Shown here: positions 54,601 through 64,000 of the stretch, one piece after another
Position numbering within the stretch: position 1 is the first letter of the stretch
How the letters are laid out: the number at the start of each line of letters is the position of its first letter
Position numbers and translations under genes: made by a program
Source: Raillietiella orientalis
Lineage: Eukaryota
Assembly (NCBI GenBank): GCA_036172245.1
Contig: JAYWIR010000032.1
Location: forward strand, 620,001-684,000
Length of the DNA: 64,000 nt
Direction of reading: 5' to 3'
Notes under the pieces: generated by a model
Told to the model about the DNA's origin: nothing
Seen by the model: the letters and a program-made list of their open reading frames with translations, nothing else
Databases searched by the model: none

Positions 54601-55116
54601 CCGGCCGCGCGACGAGGATGAAGAATCCAGAGCGCCCTCGTCCCGGGCCGTTCAGCATTGAGACGAGAAAGGAACGAGCGGCGCATCGGGTGAGCCTCCG
54701 GGGACGAGACGGTTCGTCGCTCCCCTGTTTATTTTTGGGTGCTCTTTGTCCCCCTCCCCCCTCCCTCCCTCCCTGGTTACGTCCCCAGCGAGGTCGGGAC
54801 CCTTCCGCAGCGGGTCGACAAACGCCTGACCCTTTCTAATTGCGTGTTTATTTTGATTTATTTGCTTTAAATAGGTGCTGAGGCACATCCGGGGTGAGGA
54901 GGATGACGAAGAAGGGACACCCGGGGGGATGACTTGCAGGTCGCGCAGCACTCGGCGCAAGAGATCAGTCCTCTCTCCGTATTTTCTTTCTTTCTTTTTT
55001 TTTTTTAATTTCTTGCTCCCCCCCTCCCCCCCTTCTTTCCGTGTGTCTCTCCTGCTGGTGGAGCGCCCGCGCGCGCGCCGAAATGGTCCCCTTTCCTCGC
55101 ACCCGTCTATACTTAC

Positions 55117-55261
55117 CAGGGCTTAATGAAATGAAATTGTCTCCCGGGAGACCGTCCATCAATCGGATGCGGAGGCTCGGAGAGGCAATCTCGGCAAGTA
55201 CAACTTTCTCCGTGATTTCCTCCCCGGCCTCTCGGAGACCCCAAATTGCCGAGTCATGCGC
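55117..55261 (-). CDS. Candidate isolated internal coding exon (145 nt), product unknown
   Basis: Pyrimidine-rich acceptor ...CCTTACCTCCAG|GCG and consensus donor CTG|GTAAGTAT; single open frame AHDSAIWGLREAGEEITEKVVLAEIASPSLRIRLMDGLPGDNFISLSP with G-start codon bias. No family recognised; it could instead be a conserved non-coding element. Confidence 0.33.
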
Positions 55262-55299
55262 CTGGAGGTAAGGGGCCGCTCCAGCGAGCAGGAAAAGGA

Positions 55300-57050
55300 A
55301 GACACGAAACGGTTTAATTCCGACGGCGTCATTAAGAGCCTTCCCCCCCTCCTCCTTCCTCTTGCTCTTCTTCTTCCCTCTGGAGCACGCCCCGCTCTCG
55401 CGTGCGCCTTTGCCCGGCGCAGGTCGGGAACGACGCGCGTGCGATTTCCGCGCGCTCTTCCGGTTCGCCGGCCCCTTCGTGACGCGAGGCCGGGAGAGGA
55501 CGGCGAATTTCCACCTCCTCCCCCTCGAGCGGTTCCGGCGCGCTCCCAGAGAAGGCGGAGGCGACCTCTCTCTCGTCCCTCTTTCGGAATGGGAAGGGAA
55601 GGGGGAGGGAGGCCACACCCACCTCCGCTCCCCCTTCGTCTTTCCTTCCCCATTTCCGCACCGGAGCTGCTGCCCGCGGGCCCGTCCGCTTGCCGGGAAG
55701 ATGCCGCGGAAGTCCAGCTGCGCGCTCTCGCGCGGCCTGTGCTGCCACCTGCTCGCAGGCGCTCGCAGCGTCCCGCTTGCGTCTGGCGTCCCAGATGGCG
55801 CCGCCCTCGAACCTGCTGTTCTTGGTAGGGGCGCAATGGGGCGCACTGGAAAACGAGGGGGGCGACGCACCCTCGGAATCGCAGTCGCTTCAGCAGGGCG
55901 CGAGTCCGCCCCCAGCGAAGAAACGCCCCCTCGGGGCGCGGCGCGCGGGTGGCAGGATGCCTCGCGCCAGGAGATCCCAGTCAGACCCTTCTCTCGGCGC
56001 AGTGGGGCGGTGACTTCCCCCTCCCTGCCTGGGCTCGTTTTCGGTTCCTTTGCCCCACCCGGTGCCCTGGCGACAAGACGCTCTATCCCACCCCATCCTG
56101 CACCGGTGGTCCTTCGAAGCGGTCCTCCTTCCGTCTGCCGACCACGAGCGTCCCCAGCCCACGGCTGCAGAGCGAGGGCGCTAGAGAGAGAGAGAGAGGG
56201 GGGGGGAAGGGAAAGAGGGAGAGAGAGAGAGAGAGAGCAACCTCCTCGCGACGCGCCGTCTCTTCCCAGCGCCTGGCGCGGGGCGGCGGTCGACGCTGCG
56301 CGCGGACTGTTCCAAAATCTCGGAATTTTTGTTTATCTGCGAAGTAAATCAGAAGACGTCAGGCAGGAAACTGCGCGCCCGAGCGTCTGCCGGGACTACC
56401 ACGCTGCGTTTTATGTCGGGAGGGCCGGGTGGCTCGCAAGCGTTCACCTCGCGCGGATGTTTTGTTTTTGGATGTGACCTGCAGGACATTGCGGGATCGT
56501 AAAATTTTATGATCTCTGCACGGGATTTACGTCCTCCGGTAGGAAAGCAAATATCTCAGAATTACTGATGCCAGCATAATCTATTTAGCCTTATCGTCAT
56601 CGTAAAGAGCGGAGGAGGAGCGGAGGAGCTCCCTCTGCGCGTCTCGGAGCGCTCGGCCCAGATAAGGAGCGCGTTTTACGCTCCCGGCTGGCGGCGCGCA
56701 CCTGGCGCTCTTCCAGGTCTCCTCCGTCCGCCGTCTCTTCCTCCCCTGCCGACGAGGCAGGCAGCCCTGCAGCTCTCGTAATACTTTGATCGTATCTGGG
56801 GCGATCGAGAGGAGATGCCCGTCATCCCGAGCGGCGCGCGAGCGACGGAAGCGACTTTCGTTCCTTTGACGGCTGCGTTTCTTCGAGGGCAAGGAGGGAC
56901 GCAAGCGCTCTTGGATGCTCCCGTCTTTCCGCTGGGAGCGGGGGCGCGAAGTGCGCGTCGGTCGGTGTTCCGCCGGGATCTTTGATCCCGGGCACTCGGC
57001 TGCTCGCTGCCACAGGGGATCCGACCTCTGCCCGGGGTACTGGAAAGAAG
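55300..57050. promoter_or_regulatory. GC/CpG-rich island with GA repeats and CTCF-like motifs
   Basis: High CpG density; (GA)n at 56183-56237; CGAGCAGGTGGCAGCA (minus, 55740-55755) and CCCAGATGGCGCC (plus, 55790-55802); TCGTAAA/TTTATGA/GATTTAC cluster at 56495-56535. Confidence 0.45.
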
Positions 57051-57249
57051 GAAACCGCGCGGATGCTGCTGACCGAGGGCGCCGCTGAGGACTTCCGGCT
57101 TCCTGGGCTCAGAAACGCAGCTGGTAATCGCACAGACAGTTCTCGGAAAATCAGCTGGTGTGACAAGCAGATCAGCGGTCTTTGCGAGCATCCTAGGTGG
57201 CATCGGCAGGCACATAGGATGACCCTTCGTCAAGGTGCACCTCAGAGAC

Positions 57250-58750
57250 AGCTTCCTGCCTCCGAGATCCACAACGAGGGAGGGTCAGGCCGTCTCCAGT
57301 CGACTTTTCTGCCGCCGGCAGGACAACTCTGTGGTCAGTCTGAATGCGGGCGGAGTCCGCAGATGAATCTTCCGCAAAAGACGAGAAGATGGCATTCAAA
57401 TAGCATTTCCAGGAACGCTCGGGGCTACTCAAACGGAACGGCTTCCTCCCCCTGTCCTGGCAGGGGACCACCTTGCCGGAGGGGAACGCTGGGGAATTTC
57501 TCGCCGTTCGCTTGCTGCGGCGCTCCCCACCACTCGAAAAGGCGGATTCACAGTGATCCTCGCGGGAAAGGAAGGACCCAGGGTTTCCCCGGAGCGGAAG
57601 CAGCACGAGCCAGCCCGGGGAGGATGACCGTGGTGTGAGCTCTTCGCAAGGTCAGGACCGGCAGACGATCGGCTCGCCTGCGGGAGGTGCCTCCATGTGC
57701 GCGTCCGGAAACCATGGATGATCCTTCCATCCCTATTTCCTCTCTTTAGTCGCCCAGAGGAGCTGCCTCCGCTGCGGAAACTCCCATGCGAGCCACGGGG
57801 AGATCTCCCGCAGGACTGGACGCAGTGGTCCTAGATAACCGTCGCAACCCTCGCTGCGGCACTGTCTGCCCTCAGGGCTAGCAATGACAGCAGCCAAACG
57901 ACGGGGTGGAAGTTCTCCTGCAACATTGCAGGAGTCGAGACTGCAAGACTCCCGGCCGGCTGCAAGACGAGCGAATTGGTGAACACCGCCACTCCTCAAT
58001 TCCGGGCAAAGGGACTCCTTCGGTGGAGCGACCTTCTCAGTGTGCCCTCCGAAGAACTTGTGGTCACTTCCCTTTGCGTGGACACCTCCGTGTTCCCTCT
58101 CCGGTGGAAACAGGAAATGTTCTGCTGTTTCTGCACTGGGGATTGCAGTACAATCAGCGCAGACACCTGGTTTCCGGGGGAGTTGCCTCCCCAAACTGTC
58201 TTAGGTGTGGGGCGATGGAATCGCTCCTGCAGCTCTTGTTGGGCTGCAGTGCCCTGCTGGACTTGTGGCGGAGACTCGCTCCGCCGACCGCAGGACGCTG
58301 CCACGAACCTGCTGCAGCGCTTCTTTACCGGAGGCGGACTGGAGAAAGGCGCTGTGATCGCAACAACCTGTTGCATCCTTGCCATGGTGGCAGCTCGCTA
58401 CGTGCTGGAGTCAGGTTCGCAGCGAAGAGAGGCCACCAGCATGGCAGCGGCTCCACGAGGACAGCAGCAAGGTGGTCTCAACTGCCAGAAGAAGTCGTTA
58501 GGGAGACTGCCACCATCCACAGTTGCTTCTAAAAGGAAAAAAGCACCCTTAGCCAAAGACCCTGTCTCCTCCTTCCCCTCCATTTTTATTTATTTATTGT
58601 CCTTCCGGCCCCTACTTCTTGAAAGCCGGCCTTCGTGCTGGTGGTCATTCTTCCTAATGAAGTTCTTTTTTTTTTTGGATTTTCTTGTTCAATTGAGAAG
58701 ATGCATTCTCTTTCGAGCTTTCTTTTGTTTCTTTGTTTGTTTGTTTTTTT
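57250..58750 (+). mobile_element. L1/Tx1-like LINE 3' part, family B, copy 5
   Basis: FLPLSWQG (thumb region), RRHLVSGGVASPNCLRCGAMESLLQLLLGCSALLDLW (zf-RVT), RTAARWSQL and a T-rich 3' UTR; inverted homolog of 49260-50220. Confidence 0.85.
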
Positions 58751-59749
58751 TTGAAAAAATAATAGTTTCGGCGTGATCAGTTTAAAACCTCTCTTCAGTC
58801 AGCTGCTGAGCGGCCGAGGATCGACTGGCTGCGAGACCCCATTCGCTTGTCTCCCGTTCCAGGATGCCTGGCTACCCGCTTCTCCCTTTCGAGATGCCTT
58901 TATTCTTTCTCTTCTTCTCTTTTCCAATAGAGAAGTGAAAAAATCCTGCGCCTTCTCAGCTGGTCCCCCGCGACCGCCGGACTCGACCGTCCCGGTCCAG
59001 GCAGAGACGGACGGGTGCAAAGCATTGCGTAGCTCCCGGCCATTCGCGAGCGGGTTGCCGAATTCTTCTTCACTTCTCCTTTTTTTTTTTTTTTTTTCTG
59101 TCTTTTCCTTTTCTTTTTAAGTTGGGAAAATCGGATGGTTCTCTCGGGGGAACTGGAGAATATTCCGAGCGTAATAAAGTCAAAAGAAGAAAAAAAAATC
59201 CTTTAGAGATGGCGTGTCATACACGTTGCTGCGTAATTGATTTATAATATGCAGTGCAATTTAGTCAAATTTTAATCCAAATTCGAAACCATGCCTTCAG
59301 GTTCCTCCGAAACCCTCATGATTTATTAACATCTCAGAGGTAACTTTAATTCCAGTCGCTCGGATGTGTTTAAAACTTATAAGTTGCTGGCAAAAAATAA
59401 AAAAACACGTGGAGCACTTTCGTTCTTTGAGTGCTGCTGCGTTAAGGCAAAAAGCACAGCAAAAGAAATCCCTGCATCTCTTTCTCTTTTTTTCTTTCGC
59501 GTTTCTCTCTTCCTCCCCGCCCCCCCATCCTTTTTTTCGTGTTTCCAACTTATCGGATTCGTACTTGATGTTCATCCTCCGTTTCCGGGAATCCGAGTCA
59601 GCAAAGCAGACCGTCCTCTTCCGGGAATTTGGAGCGCATCTGTCGGGACACGTTCTCTCCTGACATAGTTACACGCCTTCTGAGGGTGCGTGCTGTCTCT
59701 TCGAGTTGGGGTTGGATGGCTGAGGGATACCGCAATGGGTAGAAAAGGC

Positions 59750-60260
59750 CTCTAGAGGAAGGAGTCCTTTCCCCTTTCTCTTGGGATCAAGTCTCGAAGG
59801 GAATTCTCACCCTGGATGTTCCCGAAGGGAACCGCTCCGTTTCCTCCTCTGGAGAGAACCTCGAAGGGACGCTTCCGGATGTCTCTGAAGCACGCTTTTC
59901 GCACTCCGGAGAGGCAATCCCCGAAGAAGGTATCAACCGGCTCCATAGTACGCGGTGGTGCGGCTCCACCTTCACAACGGGGTGGAAACCCCAAGGGGAA
60001 CTGCAACTCCTTGCTTCCTGGAGGAACCCAGGAAGGTCAACTTCCCAATTCCGGCCCGTTGACGGGACATCCTGTTCCCGCCTTCCACCAGTGGAGCACC
60101 CGAACAGGCCAGCCAGCATCACCCTGCGGGAGGTACTCGAAACCCACGACGCACCCCGCATTTCTTGGCGTCGGCCATCCTTCCCCCTGGTGAGATTCGA
60201 ACCTGCAACGCTCGGTGCCACGCGCAAAGACCTCAGCAGCCACACATCCGACACAACGCA
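59750..60260 (-). mobile_element. SINE-like family A copy (head plus body)
   Basis: GGTTCGAATCTC on the minus strand (60192-60203); GCCACGCGC..A.ACCTCAGCAGCCAC shared with 9617-9643; body aligns with 8720-9250 in reverse. Confidence 0.85.
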
Positions 60261-60619
60261 CCTTCCTTCAGACCTCAGGGCGAACAGTCTGGACGCGTTC
60301 CCCCTCGCTCAGAAAGCGCCTCGCCCCGCCCAAGAGAGAAGTGCGGAATAACAACATCGCCCTGGTATATGCCGCCATGATTCTTCGTTCCCCCGACGCA
60401 TCTTTGCCAAGTGCACCGAAGGGCAGGCGGCTCGGACTGATTCTTGGGCACCCAGATTTTACGGGTGACGGGTGCCACCACTTGATATCGTTCGACCTAA
60501 TTAGAGCAGCGCATGCGTGATGAAACGTCAGCCTGCATGTCACAGCAGAAGCCGCGCATTTCGGTTGCGTCCCTCTTTCTCCATCGCCCACTTAGCCGGC
60601 ACTGTCCGTCAGCTGAGCG

Positions 60620-61300
60620 GCTGTTCCATCCATTTTAATCACCGCCGAGTGTGTTGAAAACATTCCTCGGCCAGCCAGAAACGAAGCTTTCTCCTCGTGC
60701 CGCCATCGACCGCTCATTTCTTCGAGCACTTATCTTGAAAGATAAACTGAAGCTCTCGAGGGACAGCAGGCAGCAGATTTCGTTCCTTCCTGCCGTTTCA
60801 CTTTCATTTTCCAAAGTGTGCGCGCCAAGAGTTGCCTCTCGGGAAGAGAGCCTGAAACACTGGATTGTTCTTCCACGAGAACTGACCCGAGCTATCGCCA
60901 AACATCTGATTACTTGGATAAACAGATGTTGCTATCTCGTTACGACGTCATGAATCCAGCCTCGCTGGCGAGTATCAGGCGGACGTGCCGGACGCATCGT
61001 CGAGATTTGCAAGAGAAAGTCCTGGCTTTTCCCAAGAAAGTGGCAGCAGCCGGACCATCCAGCACAAATGTCCTCCTTCGAGAAATCGGCAGAAAGTCCT
61101 TGGAACGTTGAAAGCTCGTTTTCGTTTCGGCAGCAGTCAAGTTTCCTATCGTTGCTGTTGAAGAGGAAACGTGATACTCATCGAGATTGACCAAGGTCCA
61201 ACAAGAGTCTGAGCCCTTTTCTCGGGGGGTTCGAAAAATCAAATCAGTCGAGGCACCATCAGGAAGAAATAATCATTCTGCCTGAAAGCCTTCGGGAGGA
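60620..61300 (-). mobile_element. Probable decayed LINE endonuclease remnant
   Basis: SDVWR (L.DVWR) motif at ~60895-60910 with degenerate upstream endonuclease-like words. Confidence 0.35.
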
Positions 61301-63159
61301 AAATAGGCAAGCAGATAATAAGAAAAAACCCTGTTTTGGAGGGAAGCAGAAATGCATCGGGATAGAGCTGCTGAGGAGGAAAGGTGGACTCGAACCTCTG
61401 CAAGTCTTCGAGGGAGAAACAACGCGCAAGTCGATGAGACAGAGTGTTGCTCTGGACGCATGCAGAAATGCATCGGGATGGCGCTATTCGGAAAGACTTG
61501 GAATGGGGGATGCCGAACCACAGCTGCTGCAAGGTGCAGCCGCTCGAAAGTGACGTAGAGGAAGCGAGAGACGCGTGTTGGAAGCAGGAAGACCAGGTCC
61601 CTGCTGGTCTGCACCACACGAAGGCACGATCTTCTCCCTGCTGGGTGATTCGCTTTTTGCTTGTCTACGAAGATGCTTACACGGCCGAGGCGTGCAGGAA
61701 TATGGAAGGCGGCCCCACGGGCTCTTGAAGCTGTCCCTGGAAAAAAAGGGAAAGCAGGAGGATTCCTTGATGAATTCGGGTAGCTGAAAGCTGTGGATCA
61801 AAGGGCATCGATGTTTTGGACTTTCTCTCTCTCGAAAATAGCCTGGAGTTGATTTCTCTTAGAAAACTGGGTCCAGACTCTCTGCCAGAAGAGGCTAATT
61901 TGAACCCATCTGGCGAAATTCTTTGAGAAGCCAAAATACGCTGTCACATCTCGCTAATGCTTAATTTCAAACTGCAGAGGACAATTAGCAGATCAAGGAA
62001 AGCGTCTCGGTTTGTCATCACCGCGGGACCGTTGAGTTTCTTCTGAGAACAAATGCCAACAAGCAACCGCTTACCTCGATTTACGCAAGAGAAAACTTGA
62101 CCTTTGTGATTAAAAATGTCATGCGAAGTTGAAACAGAAAAAAAAAAAAAGAAAAAAAAAAAGACAATCAGGAACGGAGCCATTTAGAACGTCACTGTAC
62201 AACGGTGAAGCAAAACCGGTGAAAAAGAAATCCTTAATTTCGATGATCTGGACCGTATCCGATACTATGGGCTTTGAATGGCTAAATGAAAGTCAGATGC
62301 GTTTTTATTTTTATTTTTTTCCATGGCTCAAGCTCTCCAGAGAGCGATTCACCCAACAGAAAAAAAAAAACAAAAAAATAGCATTCGAAAGTCACTATCA
62401 CCTTGAGGAGATCCGTGTTGCCATCTTCATGTCTCAGGACAAAAGGCGGAAACCTTTAAGAAATTCCCAACGCACCCGAAACCTTCGCTTTTTGTCTCTT
62501 ATGAACGCAGCAACTCGGTCACCTAATGAACGGCATCGGGGAACACAAGCATGCGGACAGATGGGAGGTCTGGTGGCCGTGGGTTGCTGATTAATGGTAG
62601 CCTGAGACGCTGCTCTGGTAGCTGCGGACTCTGCGGACCGGAACAAGCAAACGCTTCCAGAAGTGGCTTCCGTGGTCCACATCTCAACATTGCTGGGACG
62701 CGTGCCGGGCGCACATCCGCGAAAGCTTTGCAAGCATCAGCTGGAGGTGGTCCAACTGACTGGGAGCAGCCGCCATAGGATTCTTCCAGCCTTACTATGA
62801 AATGAACCACGGTGCGAGGATCCATCGACCATCAGGGGGACAGGAATCGCTGCATGCGACAGGGGATGCACGCGCGGTTCGCTGAGGGATGCTCAGAGAG
62901 GCACGATTCCTCCTGCGATGCGACAGGAAAGCGTCCCATTCTCAGATCCGGGACCACTCCTCTCAGGACAGTTGAGAACTCCTTTATTTCACCAGGTCAC
63001 ACTGGGGCGTTTATTGTGAAAAAAATATTTACAAAAAAAAAAGTTTCCTATAAAATATCAAAAAATGCCTTTCTTCGTGGTCGTTCCGCAGCAGCATCAC
63101 TGCGAAGGAAAATTCCTCGGAGGCGCTGCTTCCCGTGAACAGCTTTCCTGATGAGGTCC

Positions 63160-63930
63160 GCACAGGAGTGAGGGAAGGAAAGGGATCATGGCGTCCTTAG
63201 CAACCTCTGGAGGATGCTAGCAACTTCCTCCTTTTGTTGTCAGAGATACGGCCATCTCGTCGCCTCCCTCGTAAAGGAGCAGACGATTCGGATGACCTCA
63301 TCATTCGACTGGACTCTTTCGGCGCGGCTTCTCGCTTTCAAGATCCAACGGAGGATGCACGGAGCTGCAAGGCAACCTGCAGACGACATCCAGCCGCGCG
63401 TGAAGAGGCACCGCAATTCCTCTCTGCCGTTGTCCATCGGGAGTGGGAGGGCGGCGGTGAAGCGTTCTCAGACATTCAGGGGGGCAGCACGGTCCAGCAA
63501 CAGATGTGGGAATGTTTCCCTTTCCCCGCACTTGGCAAGGTCCGGGACCGCACTCACTCTTGTCCAATGGCAGACTCGTGCGTTGCAAGAAATCGTCCAG
63601 CGCAACAACCCCAATGCCGAGTCCTGCCACTTCAGAACTGAACGTGGAGCTGTCCACAAACACTGGGGTATGCCTGCCTCTTCAGGAGGAATGTCCGGGA
63701 GTTCCATCCAGCGACGAATTCCTTCGAGGAGGGCGGCAGGGGTACATGCACCGGCCGGTTGACGCGCCGTCCAGCATCCCAGCTGCTTCTTTTTTCCCGC
63801 GATCTCTCGCGATACTTCCCATCTTGCGGTCGCATCGCTATTTCCACTTTGTCGCATGGTGTCTCGCGTGGCCGCAATCGGGGTGTTCCGCTCCCAGGTG
63901 GTCTTCCGTGGGCAGTGCGTGATTTCCTGC
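63160..63930 (-). mobile_element. L1/Tx1-like LINE 3' end, family B-related, copy 6
   Basis: AKCGERETFPHLLLD (zf-RVT)...EATRWPYL; GAAGGAAAGGGATCA resembles the 3' UTR motif at ~7492 and ~43851. Confidence 0.7.
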
Positions 63931-64000
63931 AACGAGCAGCGGGCGTAGTTCGAGAATGATCCGGGCTCGTACCGTTTCCTTTCCTCCCGCGCCTTAACTG

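Noticed and set aside
55109..55121. ATACTTACC resembles the U1 snRNA 5' end
   Set aside because: The downstream sequence is not U1; the word is simply the complement of a consensus splice donor.
55117..55261. Faint resemblance of the exon peptide to FAM172A/Arb2 or to cadherin repeats
   Set aside because: Key conserved residues are missing and the similarity is too weak to assign a gene.
63147..63190. CTGATGA hammerhead ribozyme core (also ~41491, ~45010, ~49513)
   Set aside because: No stem II followed by GAAA and no closing stems were seen.
1..64000. CRISPR array, prokaryotic operon, defence system or intact transposase/retroelement
   Set aside because: No regularly spaced repeats, no dense coding and no intact enzymatic ORF; the sequence behaves like repeat-rich animal non-coding DNA.

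Overview
Eukaryotic (animal, probably invertebrate; inference only) gene-poor DNA, not a prokaryotic or phage locus. Most of the window consists of heavily decayed non-LTR retrotransposon remnants on both strands. These are mainly L1/Tx1-like ORF2 pieces, recognisable only by frameshifted APE-endonuclease, reverse-transcriptase and zf-RVT motifs. One LINE 3'-end family has at least 6 copies. A ~900-bp tRNA-headed SINE-like family with a possible RTE-derived tail occurs as 7 segments. An AT-rich foldback/MITE-like palindromic element lies at ~33.3-34.4 kb. Between the repeats are short unique islands rich in homeodomain-type motifs and a GC/CpG-rich island (55.3-57.0 kb) with GA repeats and two CTCF-like motifs. 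Next to that island is the only plausible host exon (55117-55261). I found no intact gene, rRNA, tRNA, CRISPR array or intact transposase, and nearly all listed ORFs look spurious. I could not identify a convincing new biological system; the findings are candidates for follow-up. Remnant boundaries are approximate (about +/-50-150 bp).
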